Of a DNA stretch of 64,000 bases, positions 12,412 through 24,222 are shown in pieces (position 1 is the stretch's first letter; each line of letters begins with the position of its first letter). The notes under the pieces are model-generated. The model was not told the origin of the DNA, searched no databases, and saw only the letters and a program-made list of their open reading frames with translations. The translations under genes and the position numbers were made by a program. This DNA is from Massalongia carnosa (lineage: Eukaryota). The DNA lies in contig OZ287076.1 of NCBI GenBank assembly GCA_965645245.1, positions 1,178,001-1,242,000 of the forward strand, in the 5' to 3' direction.

Positions 12412-14216
12412 ATGATCGCTTCACCTTCATATCGCCAAACGGTGAGCATAGGCCAATCACCTCCACCCAACGATCCATCTCTGGAACCCTCTCTGGCATC
12501 CAACGGCAAGCAAGAACCACCACGCCGCCGTTCATCTTTTAGTTTCCTCCACCGCACTAAGTCGAAAGAACGACTGTCAACTACACGGAGTACATCGGGG
12601 GGGAAACTGAGTAAAAGACAACGCGGCGTAACGAAAGAAAGGGAGCTGCGTCGAGAGCAAGTACCTCAGCAACCCCCCAAGATTCCAGATATCCCTCACT
12701 CGATTCTGCTGCAAGCTTTCGGCGGGGAAGTCCCAAGGCGGGACAGCGCGGCCGTCACTTGGAGCAAAGGTCAAGATTACCACCAAGGAAGGTCGATTTC
12801 AAGAAACTCAAGAGATATCATCAGCCCCAACATGTACAACGTACCAATCCCGCCCATTCCAGGCAACCTGACGGGGGCCAAAGGGGGCTATGTGGATTCT
12901 TACCCTAGAACTGAAAGTATGACACACCGTGGCCGCTATAGCTATGCTAGTAGCGCCGTCAGTACTATCAACAGTCCAAGGAGGGTACGGAGACGAAAAG
13001 ATCCAACCCCTTTCAAGTAAGCATGCCTTATTTCCTCAAGTACAATAATTTCCCTAAACATACTCTTAGCATCCTTGTCATCGGCGCCAGTAACTCCGGT
13101 AAAACGTCGTTCCTTAACTTTCTCCGCACCTCACTCGGCCCTCCCACCCGTAAGCAACGTCCTCAGCTTCAGGAAGATATTTTCGATGCGAACCCAGCCT
13201 CATCAATCAGAGCGTTCCCGAGTTTTACATCACAATACCTAGAGACGGAGATTGAAAAGGAGCGTATTGGTCTGACCCTGTGGGATTCGTATGGTTTGGA
13301 GGCAAGTATCGTAGATTTACAGCTGCGTGAGATGTCATCTTTTCTGGAGAGTAAGTTTGAAGACACGTTCAGCGAGGAAATGAAGGTTTTTCGGAGTCCT
13401 GGTGCTCATGATACCCACATTCACTGTGTCTTTCTTCTCCTTGATCCAGGCCGTCTGGATGCCAATATTGTCGCTGCTCGGAGGTCCACCCCGAAAAGTA
13501 CAGGTTATGGGAACGGAAACTCCTTTGTGGGATCTGCTCAGTCTTCCCTCGTTGGTGGGTTGGATGAAAATCTGGATTTGCAGGTGTTGCGTACGCTTCA
13601 CGGCAAAACAACCGTGGTCCCTGTCATCGCAAAAGCAGACACCATCACCTCTGCGCACATGGCGCATCTAAAACAAGCCGTCTGGGAATCGCTCAGGAGG
13701 TCAAACATTAATCCCCTCGAAGCACTCGGCCTGGATGACGGCGATGCCGAGCCTTCCAACGGTATTCAGCCAAACGATCACGCTGGGTATATGGGTACAG
13801 GAGCCCGCGAACGCTCTGATGTTTCACAGCTTGACTCATCTTCGGATACCAGCTCTAGCTTTTCGGCCTCCGACTTTGATCTTGCCAAACCTCCAAGAGC
13901 CTCAACAATCACGCCGTCTGGATCCCCATTGCCCGATCATGCTCGCACCGGGGTGGTGGATACCCCCTATTTACCTCTCTCCATTATCTCGCCCGATATG
14001 TATGAACCAGACGTCCCTGGAAGGAGATTCCCTTGGGGGTTTGCAGATCCTTACGATGCCACCCATTGCGACTTCTTGCGGTTGAAGGAGATGGTTTTTA
14101 CGGAGTGGAGAGGGGAACTGCGGGAAGCGAGCCGGGACATGTGGTACGAAGGGTGGAGGACGTCGAGACTGAACAGCCAAAGTCAGAGGGCTGACTTGGT
14201 TGGGCAGGCGAGGTAA
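12412..14216 (+). CDS. Septin GTPase, non-core group-5 (AspE-like)
   Basis: Intron 13017-13069 joins RRRKDPTPFN to ILVIGASNSGKT (G1). Also LWDSYG (G3), AKAD (G4) and RRFPWG...HCDFLRLK (septin unique element). Long disordered N-terminus and no C-terminal coiled coil. Confidence 0.85.
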
Positions 14217-14998
14217 CTGGGAGGATAAACGGAATTTAATGAGGAGCGGCTCAGGGAGGTCATTTGTTTCTATGGATATTCTCCATTCCATTCTCATACC
14301 CCCCTTGCTGTGCAAATAAAGGATCTTCCTATGTATTTCTACCATGCTGTACGAAAGAGATGTTCCTCCTCGCAGAGTGGTCAAGGCTGAGCGTTGGACA
14401 GACTCTTGCGAGGGTAGCCTGGTTTAGCATCATGGTAGTAGTTATGAGTTTCCGAAGCGAAGGGGTTCATCCTCTGAATCCTAGTGTTCTGAGCAGATTC
14501 CTGCCGTCATCATTGCGCGCGACAGAACATCCAGTGACATCCGGGAGAATCTTGCACTTGAGTGGTTGAGTCATTCATCACACGAGGTCGCATAACGGCT
14601 ATGAACATGAATCATCATATTCATAGATGTGGCATGAAACCCCCATCTCGATGCTTTGAAACTTGGGTTATCTGACGTATTTGATTCGACATCACGAAAA
14701 GAAGAAAGTCAAGAAACAAGGACAACTTCGGACAACTATAAACATGAACCTGCCGTTCCTTCGTGCCGTGCACACTGTATCGCACATCCAAGCGCACTAC
14801 TTATATACTTGAAGTCTTCCAAAATGCTGGAATCTCATAATCCTCAGCCTAAAGCTCTTCGGTGTGCCGAGGTAGCTGCTGACCCATCCGCTCAGCGTGA
14901 CCCTTAGCCCCTATTATCACAACGTTCGAAAATGTCTGGTACGGCTTTCGTTTACGAGTATTTCCAAGTCATCTCATCGCCGCATCTGGCCTCTGGCA

Positions 14999-17360
14999 AT
15001 GAACGACCCGGGGCTCCATGACCCTATCGATAGGAATGCTGCAAGGGTAGAGCAGGAGATCGAAGCCGAGGATGAAAAGTTGGACAGGGAGGACGAGCAA
15101 CTGTTCCTCAACCCTAGGTTTGCCTTCTCCATCAATTGGCGGAGAGAAAATTTTTGATCGCAAAGGATTTAGCTACTGGTGGTTTGCTTCAACGGCTTTT
15201 CCTCTATTAGCTGTAAGGCGGCTCCAGACCTCCCAGGCGGGAACGGTACTAATCTTGCAATGAAGGGAACCTTTGGCCCCATGGCGAGCGCCTTCTCCGT
15301 TTGTGCCTTGGTCGAGAACTGGAGGGTGTTGATTCCTCCTGGGAGTGACGAAGCGCGGGGAATCAGCGAGAAAGATCCTAAATGGTATGTTCGTACGCTA
15401 CAGCTCTCTAAGCCAAGCCGATTCATGCCGTTCTCTGTAGCAGCTGTGCCAAAACTCTCATCCCCTGACGTCGGACATAGTTCAGATCAACGCTGACATG
15501 CTACCATTGCGCAGGCTAATCGCAGTCAATGCAATCTCGCTCGTTCTTGCCCTCCTCTCCAACCTTTCCCTCCTCCTCAACATGGCACGCCGTCTCTCCT
15601 TCTCAGTTGCTCAACCCATAACTATCGTTGGATGGTACATTTCGTCGATACTTCTCATTGTGCTGGTGTCGGTTGCAACTAGCCGACTCAAACTTGCGCC
15701 TGGTCAGAACCGTGCCATGACACAAGCCTTCTACTATGCAATCATGGCGGCTGCCCTATACTTCATAGTTGCGACATTGATGGTCTTGACGATGTATGGA
15801 GCTTCAAAAGGGTACTATGAAAAAGAGTTTAAGCTCACGATGAGCCAGCGTACGCTTATGTTACAGACCATCAGCTTCATGGTGTATATGCTTGGGGGTG
15901 CGGCGGTGTACTCGAAGGTGGAAGGGTGGAAGTTTCCAGATGCTGTTTACTGGGCAAACTTTACACTTCTTACGATTGGTATTGGGGATTTTACCCCCTT
16001 GACACATCTGGGGCGAGGCCTGTTGTTCCCATATGCCATCGGTGGCATAGTGATCTTAGGCCTCGTGATTGGTTCCATCCGTTCGCTAGTATTGGAGCGA
16101 GGCAAGAAAAAGCTTGGGAGTAGAATGCTAGAGAAAAGACGTGAACGGCTTCTCATGCGAATGCACAACAAGGGAGACACGGCCAAACTCACTCCTCTAT
16201 CAAACGAGCACGAGGAAAAGAAGCTAGGCATATCCGAGCAAGAAAGGCGCAAGGCAGAGTTTGATCTCATGCGCAAAATTCAGAACCAAGCTTCAGTGAG
16301 GCAGAAATGGACCGCTCTCTGCATATCTGCCGGTGCTTGGTTATTTCTATGGTTCATTGGCGCACTAATATTTTACAAGTCCGAGCGAAATCAGCATTGG
16401 ACGTATTTTCAGTCGTTATATTTTGCATATACGTCGCTGCTCACCATTGGATTTGGCGATTTCAGTCCTTTTAGCAACTCTGGCAAGCCGTTTTTCGTCT
16501 TCTGGTCTTTGCTGGCTGTTCCGACACTTACGATTTTGATTAGCAACATGGGTGATACTGTCATTAAAGGTATTCGAGATCTCACCATCTATCTAGGGGA
16601 GTTTACGGTTCTTCCTGGGGAAACTAGCGCCAGGGATCGACTGAAGCACAGCGCATCCAATGTTACGAGGGGAAAACTCTTTACAGAAGGCCGGATGATG
16701 GATGAGCCACCAGGATTCTTGGGGGGGAAGACGGACGAGGACAGCGAAAAACAGGCTCATCGCGGCCGTACTGGCGCTACTGATCGCCAGCGGGACGCTT
16801 TGGAGCAAGAAGAGCTGAGCGAAGCAGGTAAAGCTAGAGATCGGGGCGACAAGCTTGGTGAAGATGTACATATGTACCATTTTTTGTTGATCAAGGAACT
16901 CCGTAGCGTCATGAAGCACCTCAACGAGTCTCCCCCGCGGAAATATAATTATGACGAATGGGCTTGGTTCCTGAAGCTCATGGGCGAAGACGAATCGTCC
17001 GATTCCTCTCATCGAAAGGCGCCCATCAAAGTCACTTATGCGAATGATGGCCAGCCTGAGATGCAACAGGGGCAGACTGAGGATGATGGGGGGGAACAAA
17101 ATCGTCAGTGGAGCTGGGTGGGCAATCGAAGCCCTTTGATGGGGGAGACTGAGGAGGCAGAGTGGGTTTTGGAAAGACTCTCGGCGACGCTGGAAAAGGA
17201 GTTGAAGAGGCAATCAGAGTCGCCCAAGAGCACTCCTGTAGGGAAACTACATTCGAGGAGTGAAAAACGAGCGAACTCGATGGGGGAGAGGAAGAGTGAA
17301 GGCGGCAGAAATCCAGAAGATGAGGGGAAGAATGAAATTGGTTTTGCCGAGCGTCGTTGA
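14999..17360 (+). CDS. TOK-type two-pore-domain outward-rectifying K+ channel
   Basis: Three 5' introns join MNDPGLHDP, YWWFASTAFPLLA, GTFGPMASAFSVCAL and LIAVNAISL. Two pore loops (TLLTIGIGD and SLLTIGFGD) and about 8 TM segments. Confidence 0.92.
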
Positions 17361-17985
17361 TTGATACCCTGGAGTTTTCATTCCCGGTTCTGCGGGTAAG
17401 TTCAGTTTCGCCATGACTCTGGATCGGTGTTGTCTTTGCCTGCAATAAGTCGTGGTTTAGTAGGGGTTTTTGTCAACCATTATTCGATAGCATCTAATCA
17501 TCAATGTCAACCAATCTACCACAGATATGTTCAGTGGATTACGCTCGGCAAGCGCATTCCTCAAAGGCTTACTAGCTAGACAGAAGAAAGGCATACCTAA
17601 CCAACAATAACCCTCACTCAACGGAGTCAAATTCCACTTAGCTGGGAGCAAACTGCTGTAAAGATAATGCTATAGTGAGATCTCAATCGCGACCAGCCCA
17701 ACACTCACTTCCCCCCAGATAAGCTCCGACATGTTGTGGTTTAGCTAGTCTCATTCACATATCAGCGTCCAGGCACGATCCTTTTTCGGAGAGCCGATGC
17801 TCATTCACGGTCTGTTCCCACTGCTGTCATCAGCGAGATTGTATCCGACATCGCACTTTCGCTTCTTCTTCTTCCTCCCCACCTCATTATCATCCTTCAC
17901 GACGAGACACATCACCGACCTCGCGCTCGATTCCCTTTACAATCACGGGCTGAATCTCAACCCCTGAACCATCCTTTCAAATTCT

Positions 17986-18969
17986 ATGCCAGTAAAAGTC
18001 GCCGCCTCTCATTCTCTCACCGTCCTCCCACCCCTTTCAAGCCCACCGAACAATACCAACCCAACCCCGATCCAGCCCATCAAACAAATCATGCATCTCC
18101 CCATCCTCCCCCGTCGCAACAACGCCACTCCCACCCGGATCCCCACAGCCCTTCTCGTCTGCATTCTCGTATCTGCCAGCGTGTTCCTGCTCCTACTCCT
18201 CATAGCAGCTTACTATTTCTTCCTGCACCTCCGGCGACGTCGCCGTCTCCAGAACCGGAACTGGAACCCAATATCCGCCGTCTACACCACGGCATCGGAC
18301 CCTCCGCTCAACCGCATTGCCTCCCTGCGGCCTGGTCGTCTCGATCTTCTGCCTGCAGCGACAGGCCACCCATCTCCCCTATCTGCGCCCCCCATCTTGC
18401 CGATCATCCGTCTTCAATCACCTTTCACACCCCCAAAGCCAGCGCCCGGGCATAAGCTCTCCACCTTAGCGCCCCATTCAAACCCGTCGCACACCCTCCA
18501 CCCTGCACAAGCTAACCTCCTAGCCCGCATGGCCGACTACAGGCAAGAGAATGACAGCACCTCTTGCTTTGAACTCAACAACGACGCTAACAACAATGAC
18601 ATCGAAAGCGATAATCCCCGCCGCTCCTTTGTGAACAAGACTTTCGCGGCCGAAGTGCAGAAGCGCCAGCTGGAGGCTGCAACCGACGGGTATAGGGGAA
18701 GCAGCTGGCTCAGCGCCAGGGATCGCGTCTTGCTCGCCAGCGACGCGAGCACCATTTCAGGGGTTGTCAGTGCTTTTGAGGACTTAAGTGATGCTGAGAG
18801 GCTAGGCTGGGAGAGAGGAGGAGAGCGGGATGGTGGAGCCAGGGGTGCCGGGGGCGCCAGGGGTGCGGGCGGGAGGTGGGAGTCAGGGAGGGAGGGGTTG
18901 AGAGGGGAGTGGGGGAGAGGAGGGTTCATGCCGGCGCCGCTGGTTCTCAAGAGGGGAGCAAGGTTTTGA
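17986..18969 (+). CDS. Hypothetical single-pass membrane protein
   Basis: 327-aa ORF with one hydrophobic helix (ALLVCILVSASVFLLLLLIAAYYFFL) followed by RRRRR and a Pro-rich tail. The true start may be the ATG at ~18090. Confidence 0.6.
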   Translation: MPVKVAASHSLTVLPPLSSPPNNTNPTPIQPIKQIMHLPILPRRNNATPTRIPTALLVCILVSASVFLLLLLIAAYYFFLHLRRRRRLQNRNWNPISAVYTTASDPPLNRIASLRPGRLDLLPAATGHPSPLSAPPILPIIRLQSPFTPPKPAPGHKLSTLAPHSNPSHTLHPAQANLLARMADYRQENDSTSCFELNNDANNNDIESDNPRRSFVNKTFAAEVQKRQLEAATDGYRGSSWLSARDRVLLASDASTISGVVSAFEDLSDAERLGWERGGERDGGARGAGGARGAGGRWESGREGLRGEWGRGGFMPAPLVLKRGARF

Positions 18970-19863
18970 GGATGAGCGGTTCGAGACTCGAGGTTGTGAA
19001 GGGGGAAAGAGGCGAAGGGGGGGTTCGTGCTGGTGGTCAAGTTGCCGAGGGTTGAAAAATGGGGTGAAGATGCTTCGACGTCGATCAAGGGGAATCACCC
19101 AGATGGGAGCGTTTGAGGCTACGAGTGGTCGGGATGCGACATGTCCATTATTCCCCCATGTTTGGGGATTGTGTTTACCCCGGGAATTCTCCCTCCTCTC
19201 CTCTCTCTCATGTTACTGTACCTTTCCTTCGCAAATCCAATCAATCCGCTCCTCTTCGCTCATCATACATATATATCCTCTTGATCTTGTTTCCCTTTCT
19301 CTCTAAACCCCTGTTTGTCCCCCCCCCCCGGGGGGCCCCTGGACCTCGCTTACCTTGAATCATCTCGCCGTTTCTTATCTCGACGTGGTCCCCGCGGAAA
19401 ACCCAATAGGGGCCATGGGAAATGAAATATGTGGAGGAAGGAGAAGAGCCGTTTTGTTTTTTGGTCGTTCTTGGTAAGTAGGTAGGTAGGTAGGTAGGGA
19501 CTTGAGTATGTTTTTTTTTTCATCTCAACTGGTTTAATTTGATGGCTGTCAATCTTCTGGATTCTTCATGTTCTCCATGTCCCACTCCCCCCGGCGTCTT
19601 GTTTCTTCCGCTCGGTTTTAGGAAAGATGTTTCAGGGGATTTTTGGAAAATGTGGATTGGGTAAGGAGAATCCAGGGGAATGGAATGAAGGGGTTGATCG
19701 TGGATATATTTTCTTTGCTAATGGGCTTTAGAGACGACAGCCCCGAGCGGCGAAATCGAATCCATCCCTCGATCCCCTCCGGTCTGCTCAATCTGAACAT
19801 CCTCCCAAATCATCAACCTCGCTCCCGCCTCCCTCTCCCCAAGCCTCAACCTCGACTCCCGCC

Positions 19864-20510
19864 TCACCGCGTCCCCCTTGCCATACTCTTCCGGCTGTAA
19901 AACTCCATCATGCTGTACAGTTCCTTTGTCAACGGCTGCCATGACACTATCATTAGGAACAGCTCCGTCAAGCTGACCTGGTCGTCGTCGTCGTCGTCAT
20001 CGTCGTCGTCGTAGTGCACGAGGCGCAGCAGCTCCGCCTCGGGCAACCGGCGCGCCAGCTCCATCAGATTTCCTGTGAAGCAGATCCAGTGCAGAATCTC
20101 GTCCGCGCTGAGCGTGCCGCGTTGCTGCCGGAAGTCAAAGTGGAGGTGCTCTGCATCGAGCAAGGGAATGAGGTTGTACTTGTACTGGGTTTCGAAGTCA
20201 GGGTGATCTGGATAGTCGGCTGCGCCCGCGCCAGGGCACATAAACGCTGCGACTTCGCTTGTGGTGTGGCATTCGGTGTGGAGCTTGTGGAGCTTGGCTT
20301 TATCATTGTGGGCAAGGTGGATAAGGTTTGGGTTGTGGGAGTTTGAGAGCGCGGACGCCTGAGTATGGAACGGTGAGCGCGTTGCGAGGAGGAAAAGGGG
20401 GGGGTTTTCCGGGGGAGAAAACGTACGCTCTGAGTGATGTAGCCACGGTGTTCGTTGAGCAACTTGTCAATCTCACTCTCAAACGCCAAGACCAGCATTG
20501 CCAACTTCAA
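19864..20510 (-). CDS. Putative amidoligase-2-like protein (5' end unresolved, possibly degenerate)
   Basis: KLAMLVLAFESEIDKLLNEHR, then an in-frame intron ~20426-20359 (GTACGT..GCTCAC..CAG), then KYNL...FDFRQQRGTLSADEILHWICFTGNLME, resembling the Amidoligase_2 EFRQH.GT motif. Poly-Asp tract. Confidence 0.55.
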
Positions 20511-21520
20511 TGTGACCGAGAAGTCCAGAGGAACCAGTGTGATGATTTTGCGTGGTGTTGCGGATTTCGAATTGGATAGTTACTTGGGTTGAACTGTTCG
20601 TCTCGAGGTACATTTCTTGTCTATCGGCGGGGTCGACGTTGGAGGATAAGGTCTTTCAGAAGGTTTCCTTCCAGATTAGATCATCTAACGCATAGCCCCA
20701 CCAGTGCAATTGAAGACCCTCTGCCTCGACTACCTGGTCGTTAATTAGGCGGATCATGTGCGAGAGAAACCTTCACGATGCCTGAACTTACAATCATCAA
20801 ACCACTCTGGACGGTCGGGCTCGATCCAAGGCTCGGAGTTTATAGTCAGGAGTAAATTTCTTTCCACCTCACCTTGGAACAACTGCGGTAGATCCTCTTG
20901 CATAGTCCATCGAAACAAGATTTGCTTCATTGCTGCAAATAGTTCAACGTTGATACAGCAATAGAGTGAGTACTTCGTATCCCTTGTCATCTTGTCGCCT
21001 GTGATTTATTTGCTCGTTTGAACTCCTCCTAAGCTGCAGATTCAAGCCATTCAAACGTCGAGAATTTATGGACAAGCGACTCCTTTGTTTTAAGTGCTGA
21101 TTTCCGCTTTCCGCATGCAGCCAAATATATCATATCATAGCATGACCATAAGACTGCTTGTAAGGGCTATGTAGAAGGGGACAGACTATTGATTGCATGT
21201 TTGCAAAGCAAGAACAAGGAAAGCATCGAGAAGTCTGCAATAGCGTGCCATGGAGAATGACTTCAAGGCAATTGGATTCGCCATCCGTTTCAAATACGAA
21301 GGAAACCGCCGCATCGCTATCGATTGCATGTTCTCAGTTCGGAAGGTAACGTTTACGGTTCGATGTTTTTAAACGGCGAGTCTGTTGTGTTGTAAGTGGA
21401 TGACAAATGGTCAAATATGTACCTTAGGTACCTACCAACACCATGTACTCCGTACATACCTTACAACTTTGCTTTCCTTCGTGAGGACTAAACATTGTCT
21501 CTCTCCCATGAACCACAACC

Positions 21521-22305
21521 ATGTCGGATCCGTCGCACTACCAGTATCCTTCACCACTGGAAGGGTTTGAAAACCTGCCGCCACTTCCCGAGTAAGTCGC
21601 TTCTCGAGAATTAGGCATTCCCCCCTCAAACGAAGCTAAAGACTTGGAACAGCGACAAGAACGAGGACTGCAAAAGCTACATCAATCCAGAGAACAGCAG
21701 ACTCGATGAAGCATACGAGAAATTCGTTGCACCAATCGATAACGGTCGCAGAGGAGGTAATTGCTTACTTAAGCGAACATCGTCGCGTCCTTAACATTCT
21801 TGATGCTTCGACGGACACAATTACCTGGAGGACCCATGGCTGATAGTGCGCCCCCAACAGGATTTGATGTGCATATTTATTACTTCCAGGTATGAGTACA
21901 CATGCAGACGCCGATGCACCGCTCTACAGAGTACGGTCTCTGATGAGGGGAATAACACAGAGCAATCCGGGGCAAACCGCCTATGCCACCGCTCTCTGGG
22001 AGCGCATTCGTCGGTCGTTCCCAGAACTCCGCATATACCGCCTCTGGGACAAGCCTGTCGGACCGCATCCTGTGGCCATGTTCGAAGTCAATGTCTTCAC
22101 GCCTGCACAGTTCGGTGCCTTTATCCCGTGGCTGGTGATCAATCGTGGCCCACTCAGCGCTCTAGTCCATCCAAATACTGGGGATGACGAGAGAGATCAT
22201 ACACAGCGAGCAACGTGGCTGGGAGACAGGATGCCGCTCGATCTGAGCGTTTTCAAACGCTTGCGGGAGGCCAGCGGAAAACTAAACAGCTCGAAGGACG
22301 AGTAG
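21521..22305 (+). CDS. DOPA 4,5-dioxygenase family protein
   Basis: Four exons: MSDPSHYQYPSPLEG / DKNEDCKSY..RRG / GFDVHIYYFQ (29-nt exon) / ..PVGPHPVAMFEVN..WLVINRGPLSALVHPNTGDDERDHTQRATWLG. Confidence 0.93.
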
Positions 22306-23710
22306 ATTAAAGGGCTGTCGCAAACGGATGAAAACGGGAAATAGTATAGCCAGCAGAGGCCAGCACGAAGTATATGGACTTTCCTGCACCTTACTCTGCA
22401 ATCTAGTAGCAAGAATACTCTATAAATTGACCAATGATCGATAATCCATGATTCCAACTTTATAATGTAAACATAACCTGTGCAAGCTTCACTTGGGTAC
22501 CCCAAAAGCAATACTTTGTACACTACTCCATACGGAGTATGAGATAAACCATGAGATAAACCACTGCGTTTCTCAGTCCTTCTTCCGCCCCGACTCTAGA
22601 CTGGCGGTTTCCGATCCGTTTTCAAAAGCAATCAGCGTCGTGCCGAACTCGTATGTTCGGGCCAAATCTTTGACTCCTCAAATCTCAATCCCGTTCATTT
22701 CATTCCAGTCCGTTTGATCCGTAATTGAAGATAGAGAGAGTAAGGAGATTGCTACCAACTCACTCGGATAGGATCTATCCCCCGCGTCTGCTTGTAACTT
22801 GAAAACGATAAGTTAAACGGCCCGACTGTTCTCCTTCCAATCTCGTTCTGCTCGTTGCGTACGGGACCTCGGCGCTAAGCCACCTAAAGTACCTGTGCAA
22901 TCAGATGTTTGCTATCTATACGACAGTTCAACAAAGCTCACAAAAACACTCTGAATGAAGTTAGCTTGACCACTGCTCTATCAAAATCGCTGGCACGCAG
23001 TTGTCGATTCCTCTCAGCCGAGCGGGCTTGCTGGACAGCTAATCCCTATTAGAAGCTTTTCGATGGTTTCGTTAGATTGCCGTATGCAAGCCTGCAGTTT
23101 TGTAGTAGCTTCTCCGTTGCCATGAGTATTGAAAGGTACAGCGCACTCGGTACAGAGTACACCCAGAGCGGTGGAGGTGTTACATACGGCCTGGTCCGGA
23201 AACAAACAATCTCAATCCTCGAGAGTGGCACTCTCTACTCCGTAAATGCGAAAGCTACATTAAACTTCACCTATTTCTTGGCTTGCAGCGTCTCGGCGGC
23301 CCATGGGCCGTAGGATAATCAAAGGGGTGTGGGTTATCCTTTGTGGCTCCTCCTGCTGACAAATTTGGGGGTTTCCTACGATGAATGACAAACCCCCCAA
23401 CTTACCTTTTGAAGTGGGGACTCTAACTAGTTATGACATGCAGACTACCTACTCCGGACATTGTTCGTGCCAAGGTACAGAGCACCCTGTACCGAGTACT
23501 CCGTACTCTGTACAGATTAGAGAAAGCCTTATCTATGCATGTACTTACTATAATCAAGGTTGGAGGCATATGTATCCCCACCAAACCCCCTGATCATTTC
23601 GCTAAAAGTCCCAGTTAGAGGTTAGAATCAGGGCCGGCCGAGAGATTTGAGGCGGGTGGACCTGCATTAACGTCATTTTTGAGCAAAACCCCCCCGGAAC
23701 TCAAATTAAA

Positions 23711-23742
23711 TTCACCGATTCACCGATTCACCGATTCACCGA
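23711..23742. repeat. (TTCACCGA)4 tandem repeat in the chitinase upstream region
   Basis: Four perfect 8-bp units. Confidence 0.9.
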
Positions 23743-24222
23743 TGTTCCGATCTCCCACGTCTTCGATGAAATAGCGGCTCTTGAACTCCAATTTCTCGAG
23801 TCAATAATGCACGGCCGCTATCGCAGACTCTCAGTCTCTAACCGTGGCATGCGCCTCCCCTATAGCGTAGGTGCCTATTCGAGTCACTTTAGGTTCCACC
23901 GAGCCTAACGAACGGTTGAAAACCCAATACAGTACTCTATACCTCTGTACTACCGCTAGCATGGTGCTCCCTGCACATGTCGTAATAATGCTCCTTTCTC
24001 CTGTCAGGTGTTCCGTTTTTGCTATATACCTACTCCACCCTCTCCCCTTCATCGTTTTTCGCCCCCCTCCCTCACTTCTCTCCCCTTCTCGGTGTAGTTG
24101 CGCCTCTTCTCTTGCAGACTTTGGTTTGCGTCCTGTCTTTTAGACATTCAAGCTTTTTCACTCTCTTAGGGTAGCTACCACACGATCATTTAGTCTAATT
24201 CTAGCTTCTGTTCTTTTTAAAT

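Noticed and set aside
19478..19498. (GGTA)n microsatellite
   Set aside because: Ordinary short simple repeat between convergent genes.
21521..22305. DOPA dioxygenase as part of a pigment cluster
   Set aside because: No tyrosinase, P450 or transferase nearby, and the family is widespread in ascomycetes.
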